Notes: generated by a model from the letters alone, not told the origin. Positions 41,075 to 52,739 are shown, counted from the whole stretch's first letter. The stretch: 63,436 nucleotides of DNA, filler included, from Octopus bimaculoides (GCF_001194135.2; 5 parts of 5 records of this genome joined end to end with filler, not necessarily neighbours in it), one strand, 5' to 3'. Translations and numbers: made by a program.

Positions 41075-41120
41075 AACACAACGTTTCAGCTGATATACAA
41101 TCCAGCCTTCATCAGGTGTC
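41075..41120 (-). ncRNA. Minimal hammerhead motif (tandem copy 2)
   Basis: gacac-CTGATGA-A-GGCTG gattgtatat CAGCT-GAAACGT-T-gtgtt. Confidence 0.55.
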
Positions 41121-41173
41121 TTGGGGGAAATTTGGTTCTCATTCCTAAGGTGTTTTTCGATATTATTATTATT

Positions 41174-41411
41174 CTTCAGTAGTTTTATTTTTATAACGTG
41201 CTTTCACTTCACTACCGAGCGCAGCTCTTTGCGCCTTCGGTATGTGCTGTGGTTTGCTGTGGTGCTCTTATCGTTACTGTATTGAAAGTGTTTTGCGTAG
41301 GATGTGTGCAGTACCCAGTAGTGCAATTTTCTGTATGTTATATATATTTGTAAGTCCTGGTGTTTTTGTTATGTATTTGTCTGAATATTTTTTTATTATA
41401 CCTAAGGCGCC
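41174..41411 (-). mobile_element. R4/Dong-like (RLE) LINE 3' end
   Basis: Near-identical to 41955-42190; (TAA)n tail. Confidence 0.8.
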
Positions 41412-41635
41412 NNNNNNNNNNNNNNNNNNNNNNNNNNNNNNNNNNNNNNNNNNNNNNNNNNNNNNNNNNNNNNNNNNNNNNNNNNNNNNNNNNNNNNNNN
41501 NNNNNNNNNNNNNNNNNNNNNNNNNNNNNNNNNNNNNNNNNNNNNNNNNNNNNTTTTTCTGTTGTTATTCCATAGTGTTGGCATAGCTTCCAGTTTATTA
41601 CATAGCTTCCAGTGTATTACATAGCATCCAGTGTA

Positions 41636-41651
41636 ATTATATTATTATTAA

Positions 41652-41736
<85 letters not shown>

Positions 41737-41765
41737 ATTGTTATTGTTATTATTATTATTATTAT
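41636..41765. repeat. (ATT)n microsatellite within the R4/Dong-like cluster
   Basis: Direct reading. Confidence 0.95.
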
Positions 41766-41766
41766 T

Positions 41767-41925
41767 CAATAGTTTTATTTTTATAGCGTCCTTTCACTTC
41801 ACTACCGAGCGCAGTTCTGTGTGCCTAGGGTGTGTGTTATGGTTTGCTGTGATGCTATTATGGTTACTATATTGAAAGTGTTTTGCGTAGGACGTGTGCA
41901 GTGCCCAGTAATGCAATTTTTTATC
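41767..41925 (-). mobile_element. R4/Dong-like LINE extreme 3' end, diverged copy
   Basis: Similar to 41174-41330; followed on - by a long (TAA)n. Confidence 0.75.
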
Positions 41926-41949
41926 ATACCTATTATTATTATTATTATT

Positions 41950-42340
41950 GTTCAGTAGTTTTATTTTTATAACGTGCTTTCACTTCACTACCGAGCGCAG
42001 CTCTGTGCGCCTTGGGTATGTGCTGTGGTTTGCTGTGGTGCTCTTATGTTTACTGTATTGAAAGTGTTTTGCGTAGAATGTGTGCAGTACCCAGTAGTGC
42101 AATTTTCTGTATGTTATATATATTTGTAAGTCCTGGTGTTTTTGTTATGTATTTGTCTGAATATTTTTTTATTATACCTAAGGCACCTACTATGATAGGA
42201 ATAGTTTCTGTTTTTAGATTCCACATTCGAGTTATCTCTATTTCCAGGTCTTTGTATTTTGAAAGTTTTTCCATTTCTTTTAGAGAAACGTTGTCATCTG
42301 CTGGTATTGATACATCAATTAGAAAGCATTTTTTTCCTTC
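41950..42340 (-). mobile_element. R4/Dong-like LINE, restriction-like endonuclease C-terminus
   Basis: ORF 42050-42274 EKLSKYKDLEIEITRMWNLKTETIPIIVGALG...KIALLGTAHILRK; upstream frame reads CFLIDVSIPAD. Confidence 0.85.
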
Positions 42341-42440
42341 NNNNNNNNNNNNNNNNNNNNNNNNNNNNNNNNNNNNNNNNNNNNTTAATTAATTAANNNN
42401 NNNNNNNNNNNNNNNNNNNNNNNNNNNNNNNNNNNNNNNN

Positions 42441-43127
42441 AAAACAAATAACTCTACAATCGAATCGCTCATTCGTGAGGAGAGTAAAATATACAGAGAC
42501 ATTATCCAGGATGATTTCCCTGAATCTTATGGTAATGTCTACTTAAAGACACTTATGGCATGGAAGTGGAGTTTGGAGTTTTGTGCCAATGTGGAATATG
42601 TTATGGTATTAAATGATGAACTTTTTGTTGACCAGTTCAAACTTGTGTCATTTCTTCATTATGATTTGTCTCAAGTTGATTATGATAATCATTTTGCACT
42701 TTGTTATTGTCTTGGCGGCAAAAAGTCTGAGCATAATAAATACAAAAGATTCCGTGATCTTGGTCAGAAAATGTTGTACCAAGGGAAGTACTATCCTAAA
42801 TTTTGTCATGGTGTTGGGTACGTAGCACATATTAGTGTAATCCGCAAACTCTATCTGGCATCATTGCAAAACAAAATGCTTATGCCTGATGATGTTTGGA
42901 ATGGTGTATTGGCAGAAAAGTTAGGCATTGCCCTAAATTGTCGAAATGAGCTATTTCATGTAACCAGATCTTATCGTTCCCTTTTGAAGACATATCTGCA
43001 ATCCCCGCTCCTTGTGTCAATATGTGACCAGTTTAGACCTATGCCAACAGCGCCCTGTATGCGGCAAATGTATGACTCAATTTACAAACTGAGAAGTGAT
43101 AGTAAAGTCCGTTATAGGTTTGAATAA
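42441..43127 (+). CDS. GT31-family beta-1,3-galactosyltransferase-like protein, 5'-partial (start lost in gap)
   Basis: Open frame from the gap edge, 228 aa: EESKIYRDIIQDDFPESYGNVYLKTLMAWKWSLEFCANVEYVMVLNDELFVD...YYPKFCHGVGY...PDDVWNGVLAEKLGI, collinear with the GT31 galactosyl_T motifs. Confidence 0.85.
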   Translation, partial: KTNNSTIESLIREESKIYRDIIQDDFPESYGNVYLKTLMAWKWSLEFCANVEYVMVLNDELFVDQFKLVSFLHYDLSQVDYDNHFALCYCLGGKKSEHNKYKRFRDLGQKMLYQGKYYPKFCHGVGYVAHISVIRKLYLASLQNKMLMPDDVWNGVLAEKLGIALNCRNELFHVTRSYRSLLKTYLQSPLLVSICDQFRPMPTAPCMRQMYDSIYKLRSDSKVRYRFE

Positions 43128-43204
43128 CATAAAGAACAAACGGTCTTATCAAGAGATTCTGACGTTTAATTAGGGTCTATTTATTACCAGTATTGTTATG
43201 AACG

Positions 43205-43254
<50 letters not shown>

Positions 43255-44038
43255 TTATGTTTGACTTTTGCTTTGCATTTGTACAAGTTGGATCCAAGTC
43301 TCACCCAGAGACCTCAAGAGACAACAAGCTAGAAGTCATGTAGGTGTTATGCCTAGGGTACCATATATTTGGATTTGTACATAGTGTTGTTCTAGAGAAT
43401 GTTTAAGAAACCATAAGAAAATTATGTGTTTGTTTTAAAATTTGAGATCACATAGACANNNNNNNNNNNNNNNNNNNNNNNNNNNNNNNNNNNNNNNNNN
43501 NNNNNNNNNNNNNNNNNNNNNNNNNNNNNNNNNNNNNNNNNNNNNNNNNNNNNNNNNNNNNNNNNNNNNNNNNNNNNNNNNNNNNNNNNNNNNNNNNNNN
43601 NNNNNNNNNNNNNNNNNNNNNNNNNNNNNNNNNNNNNNNNNNNNNNNNNNNNNNNNNNNNNNNNNNNNNNNNNNNNNNNNNNNNNNNNNNNNNNNNNNNN
43701 NNNNNNNNNNNNNNNNNNNNNNNNNNNNNNNNNNNNNNNNNNNNNNNNNNNNNNNNNNNNNNNNNNNNNNNNNNNNNNNNNNNNNNNNNNNNNNNNNNNN
43801 NNNNNNNNNNNNNNNNNNNNNNNNNNNNNNNNNNNNNNNNNNNNNNNNNNNNNNNNNNNNNNNNNNNNNNNNNNNNNNNNNNNNNNNNNNNNNNNNNNNN
43901 NNNNNNNNNNNNNNNNNNNNNNNNNNNNNNNNNNNNNNNNNNNNNNNNNNNNNNNNNNNNNNNNNNNNNNNNNNNNNNNNNNNNNNNNNNNNNNNNNNNN
44001 NNNNNNNNNNNNNNNNNNNNNNNNNNNNNNNNNNNNNN

Positions 44039-44082
<44 letters not shown>

Positions 44083-44084
<2 letters not shown>

Positions 44085-44900
44085 GAAAACTCACAGCTTA
44101 TTTTGCTGGGTATGATGGAAAGTGTCACCTGTCCACACCCAGCAGACTAAGGTGACACTTGTTTACTTGTCATGCTTCAAGAACTCTGCGAAGATTTCTT
44201 GCAGTTCCGAGCAATGCTGATTTTTGTAGGTGTTCTACCTTCAAACTTGCACCGATCTTTTTCAGCCACGTCGGTAGTTGAGTGCTGATACTTCCACGTG
44301 CACCAATTACTATTATGTCTACTCTCTTCATTAACCACAACCTTCGTATTTCCCACTTTAAATCATCGTAGCTGTTTATTTTTTCTTCTTTTTTCACATT
44401 GGTCTTATTGTTACCAGGACATGCTATGTCGATCATCATACATGTTCTTTCTTTTTTATTCCCCACAACAATGTCCAGTTTCCAATATCTGATCAGGTGA
44501 TCACACTGGATCACTGCATCCCACAGGATTTTGCAATTCTCCTTTTCGGTAACTTCTTCTGGAGTTTGCTTATACGATGTCTTTGCTCTCTGTAGACCGT
44601 GATTTCTACGGAGATCCCAATGGATCATTCTTGCCATATTGTCATGGCGTCTTTTGGATTCGCATTGTGCCATACCGTTTCACCCCTCTCACTACACATT
44701 CTGTATTTGTCACTATTGGTAGTGTTGTCTATTCTGCACTTCACATAATTGGTCCTTAGCGCTTGTTCCTGAGCTGCGCATATGAGTGCTTCTGTCTTTA
44801 TCTTCAGGTCGCTCCTCATCCATAGCTACCGGTCCTCTGTATCTGCCTTGGTGTTCACATCTCTTGCAAACTGACCATACATTTTCTTTTCCTTCCATGC
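44083..44900 (-). mobile_element. R4/Dong-like LINE (second family): zinc-knuckle remnant plus RLE
   Basis: EALICAAQEQALRTNY...RMCSERGETVWH, then ILWDAVIQCD...DIVV...MMIDIACPG...LQKSALLGTARNLRRVL; (TAA)n tail. Confidence 0.88.
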
Positions 44901-45289
44901 TTTTTCTCTTTTTTTTTTTTGCTCATTTCTTGTTTAAATTTTTCTTTAGTTGCACAATTTTCAGTTTTGATTGAGACACACCCAGCGTCCTAGGGCGAGT
45001 GAAGGATAAGAGATGTTACAGTATGACTGAAAGCTTGGGGTCGGGAAGTGGCAGGGGCAGTAGCGAAATATCTTCCCATAATATAACACAGACATTTAAA
45101 TTGATAGGGTTTTTCTAAGGATGTGGGTAGTACTTATCAGCACAATCTTTTGGATTTCTCTGAGACATGGTTCTCCTGGGATATTATCTAGATGTTTCTN
45201 NNNNNNNNNGGATGTGGGTAGTACTTATCAGCACAATCTTTTGGATTTCTCTGAGACATGGTTCTCCTGGGATATTATCTAGATGTTTC

Positions 45290-45630
45290 TGACATCCCTT
45301 TCTTATCATACCAAGGGCACCCACAGTAACAGGAACAGTTCTCCCTTTAAGATGCCACATCTTTTGTATTTCAATTTCCAGATCTTTATTTTGTCAAATT
45401 CCTTTACTGATATATTTTTATCAGTGGGAACACTTACATCTATTAGTCTACAAGTATTTTCTTTCCTGTCTTTAATAAATATGTCTGGTCGATTAGCAAG
45501 GATCGTTCTGTCGATGTTGATTGGAAAATCCCAGAAGATAGTAACATTCTTACCTTCAACGACTAACTCAGGATGATGTTCATACCAGTAAGCAGGAGTG
45601 CTGATTTTGTAGTGTTTACATGTTTCCCAA
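45290..45630 (-). mobile_element. R4/Dong-like LINE (third family), RLE fragment
   Basis: WYEHHPELVVEGKNVTIFWDFPINIDRTILANRPDIFIKDRKENTCRLIDVSVPTDKNISVKE. Confidence 0.85.
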
Positions 45631-46214
45631 ATTACTACTACTACTACTACTACTACTATTACTACTACTACTATCATTGTCCATCATCATTGTTGTTGTT
45701 GTTGCTGATGGTGAGAATGGGGAGTGGCACACATTGCCCCTGAAAAAGAAAAGAAACAAAAGGAGCAAAGAGATAATTGAAAAGGTGGGGAGGTGCAAAG
45801 AAGCGGATCTTCCCAACAACAGCAGCAACATGCACACACAACAATCAACAACACCTTCACCCGCACTACCACCTCAAACACCAACACACACAGACCCCCA
45901 CCAGCACTACAAACATCACAGCCATAAACACAAACCTGGTCACATATCTGAAAGACAACACAGACAGCACAATGGCAGACTTTATCCCAACATACAACAC
46001 ACCACCACCACACATACTAATTTTCAAAATCGCACAACACAATTACAGCATTATTAAAACAAAATTTTCAAAAGATGTTGGGTCGCTTCAAAAATCTTTC
46101 TCCAAAAAAATATTTAAAACCTTGTGGAAATACCCACACCAAAGCACAAGGGAGCCACTCTACCAGACAGCAGTGTTAAGTAGAGCTTTTCTCCTTCGTA
46201 AAAAAACTTTTGAC

Positions 46215-48430
46215 ATGTCTGTGCTCAGAATTGGTAGCATAAATGTCAAGGGCCTTGGGTCAACTTGGAAAAGTATTAAACAACCGGAGGTCTTTCAATG
46301 TGGATGTAGCAGCTATTAGTGAAACCAGGCTTTCCGACCCGCGGGACCTCACAGCCCTTTTTGGCGGATACGAAATTTTTCTATCACCGTGTCGGCCGAG
46401 AATGGATGGGGGTGGTACTGCAGTGCTTTTCTGGAAAGGCTTGGATCTGAAAATAAAGGCAATCTTCCTGAATCCAGAAAGTAAGTTGGTGGTCTTGGAT
46501 GTGAACAGCAGTGACGGTGGTGCCTTCAGACTGGTGGCTGCCTATGCTCCGACAGGGGCAGAGGGGTCGGATTATTTTAAGCGTCTGGAGGTTTTCCTGG
46601 GAACGTCTCACACTTTAGTGCTTGTAGGAGATTGGAACGCTGTCTTAGACAAACGTTTCGATTGTGTGGGAATGAGAGCATCTGATAGGAGGGGTGCAAC
46701 AACCTCATCAACCTGCTCAGACGCTTTCAACTATCTGACACATACCGACTAGATAACCCGAATGTGCCAATGTGGACTTGGACAAATCGCATCGGGTTAT
46801 CTAGATCGTATCTAGATAGAATTTTCTGTAGGCCAGAAGATAAGGACAGCATAGGGTGTCCACAATTTCACATAGCCGGCTACACAGAACACAAATTCGT
46901 GATCTGTACAGTCGATTTAGATTGGTTTCATAGAAAGGATCCCGGTTACTGGAAGCTAAACGCATTGTTACCAGTGTGCAAAGCTTAACGAGACTGGATT
47001 AGCAAATTAGTTAAGCAGACGTTGACAGGGGCAATCGTCAACAACAACTGGTTGTTTGCTCTTAAGAGGGCAATTAGAGTAGAATCAATTAGGTTTATTA
47101 AGGCTTTAGCTGTAGAAAAATATAAAATAGAGGGAGATTTAGTTAGAAAGCCAGACGAAGAGCTAGACAAGCATCGCAACCGACGTGTTGGCAGCGAGGT
47201 TGGCCCTCGATCAACACTTTGATGCCAAACACGAAGGCTGCACTGTCAGAGCTAAAGCACGTTCAGTAAGCGGGGAGGCAGACTAAAGCCACTCGATGGG
47301 CCTGAGTGGCGGAGGCTGAAAGTAGCAACATAGCCAGCATTCGGTCTTTGGTGGACCATAACGAGCGTGACGTGTTCGAACTGAAGCAGATGTGTGCAGC
47401 CTTTTAGCAGCACTTTGCTTGACTGTTTGGGGCGAGCAGAAGGATGGATAATGGGGCAGACTTCGGTGTGTACCTGGACGGCCTGCTGCGATTCTCAGCG
47501 AACGAGGTGGAGTGCAGCGAAAGACCAATAACAGCCTGGGAAGTACAGGAAGCAATGAAAAGCTGCACGAGAGGCAGATCGCCAGGTTTGGATGATCTGC
47601 TCCATAAACTTTACATTTCAATGCTAGACTTGCTTGCGGGCCTTTTAGCAGACGTCTACTGCAACTGGCAACAAAACGGGAGAAAGGACCCAAACAAGAG
47701 TAATGCGATTGGTAGTAGTTCCACTCCAGCGTTTTATAGAGGAAAAGTGCGACGACGTTCTCGGGGGAACTCTAAGCGTCAATGATGATCAACTAACAAG
47801 TCTGTTTGAGAGAACTTTTGGGCCGGGGCCTATGGGTGACTTCCAGAAATTCCTCGCCTGGCAGTGTTATCGAGGGGTGCTGCCCATTCGAGATAAACTT
47901 TACAGGCACGGAAGTGTCGTCAACCAGGCCTGCCCGAGGTGTGCTCAGAGCGATGAAACCATTCTGCACGCACTCGTCCAGTGCCCGAGCATTGCTGACC
48001 TGTGGGTTTATGTCGAACAGCTGCTGTCACATGTAGGAAGGATCCGACTATCAGCTGAACCTATAGAGAAGATTGCTCCTCCTCTAGGAGGGGAAGGCAA
48101 TTTTCATTTGTCTGGTGGCTGTAGCGAAAGAAGTAGGATGGTGGGCCCATTTGAAATGGCTAAAGTCAGACACTTTCCTCTTTGGCCAAGATCTCATCAA
48201 CTTTTTCAAGTTCTACTTGAAAAGGAAAGTGAAGGTAGAGAAGGAAGTGCCTTCTAATAAATTTGTTGAAAGGTGGGTGGATGTCAGAAAAATGGCCAGT
48301 ATGGATGGACCAATTCTGAGAATACACCTGTAAGAAACAAGAAAGTATAAAAGGAGAAGGACTCTTGTCCTGTTGATCAGGTACCCGTGCTTTTATGGGT
48401 TTTTCCATGAGTAACCTTTAAAGTGCCTCC
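46215..48430 (+). mobile_element. Tx1/L1-clade LINE ORF2 pseudogene (APE endonuclease, partial RT, zf-RVT)
   Basis: IGSINVKG, AAISETR, AAYAP, LVGDWNAV, SYLDRIF (APE); EVQEAMKS..GRSPGLD (RT start); WQCYRGVLP..CPRC..DETILHALVQC (zf-RVT). Multiple stops and frameshifts; RT core missing. Confidence 0.9.
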
Positions 48431-48596
48431 CCTATTGGGAGTTTTTTTTTTACTTGTTACATTGTTTTTTTTATTGTTATCAGATGTTTACACGAATGTG
48501 TTTTTTTGTTTTTTCTGCAAAGCCCTTTGTATATCGTCTTGTGTTGTCCTTTAAGGTTTTGATTTATATTAGCCCTTGTAGCTAGTAAAAATTTTT

Positions 48597-48632
<36 letters not shown>

Positions 48633-48676
48633 GTAGTAGTAGTAGTAGTAGTAACAACAACAACAACAACAATAAC

Positions 48677-48726
<50 letters not shown>

Positions 48727-48733
48727 TGATGAT

Positions 48734-48944
48734 GTGACAAGCTGGCAGACTCGTTAGCGCACTGGACGAAATGCTTAGCGGTATTTCACCTGTCGCTACG
48801 TTCTGAGTTCAAATTCCGCCGAGGTCGAATTTGCCTTTCATCCTTTCGGGGTCGATAAAATAAGTACCAGTTGAACACAGGGATTGATGTAATCGACTTA
48901 TCCCCTCCCCCAAAACTGCTACCCTTGTGACAAAATTAGAAATC
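48734..48944 (+). mobile_element. SINE family A
   Basis: Matches 7691-7905. Confidence 0.85.
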
Positions 48945-49150
48945 ATCATCATTATTATTATTATCACCATGACCATCATCACCGTTGTTATTAAGGCGGC
49001 TAGCTGGCAGAATCGTTAGCACGCCAGGTGAAATGTGGCAAGACTGCCTTTTGTACCCACCACCTAAAAAAAACATCCCACTATTTTTTTTTTGCTTTAG
49101 TTTCAGCTCAGAGCTGCGGCCAGGCTGATGCACCGCCGTTAGTGTGTGAC

Positions 49151-49258
49151 GCTTACAGAACCTAGGTTTCCCAAGCGGTCACCCATCTAAGTACTCACTA
49201 GGCTCGACGTTGCTTAACTTCGGTGATCGGACGAGAACCGGTGCTCTCAACGTGATAT
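49151..49258 (-). rRNA. 5S rRNA-derived copy lacking the first ~10 nt (pseudogene or SINE3 head)
   Basis: - strand atatcacgttgagagcaccggttctcgtccgatcaccgaagttaagcaacgtcgagcctagtgagtacttagatgggtgaccgcttgggaaacctaggttctgtaagc; recognisable metazoan 5S with box A and box C. Confidence 0.88.
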
Positions 49259-50010
49259 TCTACACAAACCCCTGTTTTCGACTGCAAAAATTTGTTATAT
49301 TGAATGACTTTCATAAAATACTGAAGGCATTGTCTGAATGGTGTATGTTCTTAAATTCCTCTTCATATTTAAGGAGTTAAATTTCGCAATTTTGGATTCT
49401 CACCTCCTTACCTTCCTTACCTTCAAATTAATGACAAATGATCCAAAGAGTAAGAGGAATTTATAATAGTTGATATATCATCATTATCAGCAATTTATAT
49501 ATATACTCTATGAACTATAAGCACGAAATGTAGTTGAAGACGTCATCCTTAATATGAATATTATCTTTTTTATCATTTTCTTTTATTATTGTGAATTGAA
49601 AATGTTGGAGCCTGTTGGTGGTTTCAGGAGGTTGCGTGTGGCGTAACAGTATGAATATGAACAATTGTTACCTTGTGATCGTGTGGGATGTACAAACATA
49701 TGATGTGATGAACTAATAAAGCCTATGAACTTCCGTCCATATGTCATTATTATTATTTCATACATACATACATTTTTGTATTTGGTTTGCAAGATTCTTT
49801 ATGTGAATTCCTTTGTTGAAGCATATTCTGTTGACTGGGGAGAGTCATTCTGTTTTAATGCCTTACTAATTAATACACTCACCGGTTCGATTTCCACTCA
49901 TTTACTTATTCATTTTTACTAAAATTTCCGTTGCTTCTTGTAACCTTTTCAATAGTCATTGACTCTGTCTATTATTGGAGCTGCGTTCTTGTAGCGTACT
50001 TCTCTCTTTC

Positions 50011-50680
50011 TGTTATATATACATGGATGCGGACGTAGTGGATAACAGCTAACTTTCAGCCGCACTTTTGGACCCCGTTGTGTCCACCACTCTGATTGGT
50101 AGGTATTGGCGCAGTTTATCTCCTGTTCTATTGCGCGCCAAGATGCAACCCAACCAATTGCAGCCTTCAGATAAGGTCGCGAGAGACAGTCTTTTCTGAA
50201 CCCCAGTTTGTGCCGACAGTATGTTATAAATAGCTAGCTTTTCACCGTCACAGTTCTGTCAGTCCTTTCGGCTCCAGACCTTCTGAGGTCTAGCCGCTGA
50301 CCACAGATACACAGCCAGTTCCAGCGACGACACAGCAGCACATGGAGACTCGTCAACACTTCGTCCAGCATTCAGGACCTCCAGCTTCTTATCATCTACA
50401 CAAACTTCTCTGCGTACACACCACCAACAGCACCTGCACAGGTTCTATCACCACACTGTTTGTGAATTGCTTCACCATGGTTAACAGCGAATACATTCTG
50501 CGAGACCTCCTGTACCAAGTAACTGGCAGCAACATTGAAACCACAACTTCTTACACATGTGCCTCTCCTCGGTTCTGCATTGCTGCCACAACTTCTTGTT
50601 ACAGCACCTCAACCACTGTGTACCTTGGATACGAACTGGTATTCCCCATCCTTGTGTCTGAACTTTCTTCTAACGTCCTT
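50011..50680 (+). mobile_element. Possible solo-LTR-like sequence
   Basis: GC-richer island starting TG, with CCAAT motifs and TATAAATA at ~50226; no second LTR or TSD was identified. Confidence 0.25.
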
Positions 50681-51099
50681 ATAGACTCTTTTCTACGCTC
50701 TGTATTTCTCGCACACACGTTTGTATACACATACACTTTGTTTACATGACGGCCTGTCTATTATTGTGTTTATATGTCGCACTCACAAACACAGACACAG
50801 AAGTTGACATATCAATAAAACCTTCTCTTAAACCTTCTACTCCGGTTATGTCTCTCTTTTCCTTTTGGCACTCATACTCATTTATCCTCTTTTCATATTT
50901 TCTATTTGTATCGAACGTGCGATGTGCTAAAGGAGCCATTCCTCGTCACCTCACCTGGTTGCATGGTCCTTACATTCTTTTAGTTTGTTTGTTTGTTTGT
51001 GCGCATGTGTATGCACATATGTATGTATGCCTGTATGTAGCTAAAAATAGGCTCTGACACATCCTAGACTGGTATAACAGAACCACTGACAAACATAAT

Positions 51100-52140
51100 G
51101 AGGGGGAGACCCACCAACTCAGTTCATCTGTTGCCAAAGGCCTACAAAAACTGAAACAGCAAATAGGAACAGGGAATTAGTGTGCCTCCTCCAGGATAGG
51201 CAGCCCACAGAACTAAATCCAGACCATGCAACAACACATCAGTAGCATGAGAGAAATTGCATTACAGGAACATGAGTGGACAAACTTCTCAAAGCACACA
51301 TGGGAATTGGTGCAACATACTGCAACCCAGGAAACGGGCTGTACAAAATTTCCAACCATTCAACAACGATGTTCCTACTCTATACGAGTTACGTAAGGAC
51401 CATGAGCCCTACGTAAACCTTGTTATGGGGCTCCCAACCCGGCCTGTCTGCGAAACGAATATCTCCAGCAATTACAGGCTATCCTACTTCTACTAACAGG
51501 TGTTACAACCACTTATTGAAATGTCCCCGGATGTCTGTGTGAGCACAGAGGATCTCCTCAGTAGAATCAGTAGTTGCAACCACTCCAACGACTTCACAGG
51601 TTGTGTAGTGGGTAGTATGGATGTAGTTTCACTCTACCCATCTATGGATAAAGATTTTGCTGTGGGAAAAATGCATTTAGATTATCTGTGAGAGTGAGGT
51701 AGAGTTCTGCGAAGTCAACACGAGGGAACTGGGCCTCCTCCTTAAACTAAGCTATGACTGTAACTACCTAGACAATTATGACCTTAGTAGATTCTACCCC
51801 ACCGGGTCACAGAGGATAACACCACCTACCAACACCTTAGCAGTGAAGAAAAGTACCACAGAGTGCTGGAGTGGCTGGACCATACCCACCCAGGACGCCG
51901 AGAACAACAGTCAGGTGAAAAGAATGATTGCATATGCAATAGGGGCTAGCATAAGAACTACATAGTAAAATTTAACAAGAAACTATACATGCAGGTTCAA
52001 GGTGCAGCCATTGATGTCGGTGTGGCTAGTCTCTTCATAACCTGGTGGGACAGAAAACTTAAACAATCCTTGGCTAAACAATCCACAACTGTTTTGTTTT
52101 ACTGTAGGTATGTAGATGACATTAATATTCTAGCTACGAC
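51100..52140 (+). mobile_element. Penelope-like element reverse transcriptase pseudogene
   Basis: Across frames: PTLYELRKDH...RPVC, GSMDVVSLYPS, QVQGAAI, RYVDDI. Confidence 0.75.
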
Positions 52141-52156
52141 AAATTCTAGTATTTTA

Positions 52157-52416
52157 CAAACGAAGGCAAAATTGGTTAAGACAATCAACTTACGTACATG
52201 TGGATTTACGTGGACTAGTTTTTGCATTGACATTAACATGCCTTAGCTTCTTCAGATTTCTTAGCAGCACAGATTTCAGGAGGAACAGGTTAACGATCAC
52301 TTCTATGGTGATACATGCTGAAGAAGGTTTGGCATATAAACGCCAATGCAGAAACTAGTCCACGTAAATCCACATACACGTAAGTTGATTGTCTTAACCA
52401 ATTTTGCCTTCGTTTG
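52157..52416. repeat. Foldback (inverted repeat) whose arms each contain a hammerhead-like motif
   Basis: 52157-52229 is the reverse complement of 52344-52416, and pairing continues inward (ttcttcag/ctgaagaa). Confidence 0.85.
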
Positions 52417-52515
52417 ATTTCTGTAGTAATTATCAGTGTATTTTTGGCGATTTAATAACGAGTTTTGATTGTTATTTCAAGCAGGTAGACATACTTAGTA
52501 TGTCCTTTGATTAGT

Positions 52516-52551
<36 letters not shown>

Positions 52552-52739
52552 GAGAATTCACAAAAAAAAACAAAAGACGAAGACAGGTGCTGTAGACAAC
52601 AAACAGATGTATTAGTATAACGCTCGGGAAGTGAAAAAGTCTTTAATGTTTCGAGCCTACGCTCTTCAACATTATAAAAAAATCACATAGTTTCTCCTTT
52701 AAGCTAATGAGAAATGAAAATATTTTATCACAAATTCCT

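Noticed and set aside
41575-41640. Three copies of a 19-nt unit (catagcttccagtgtatta), superficially CRISPR-like
   Set aside because: Head-to-tail minisatellite without spacers in a eukaryotic genome.
45120-45290. Exact ~80-nt duplication across a 10-N gap
   Set aside because: Contig-overlap artefact.
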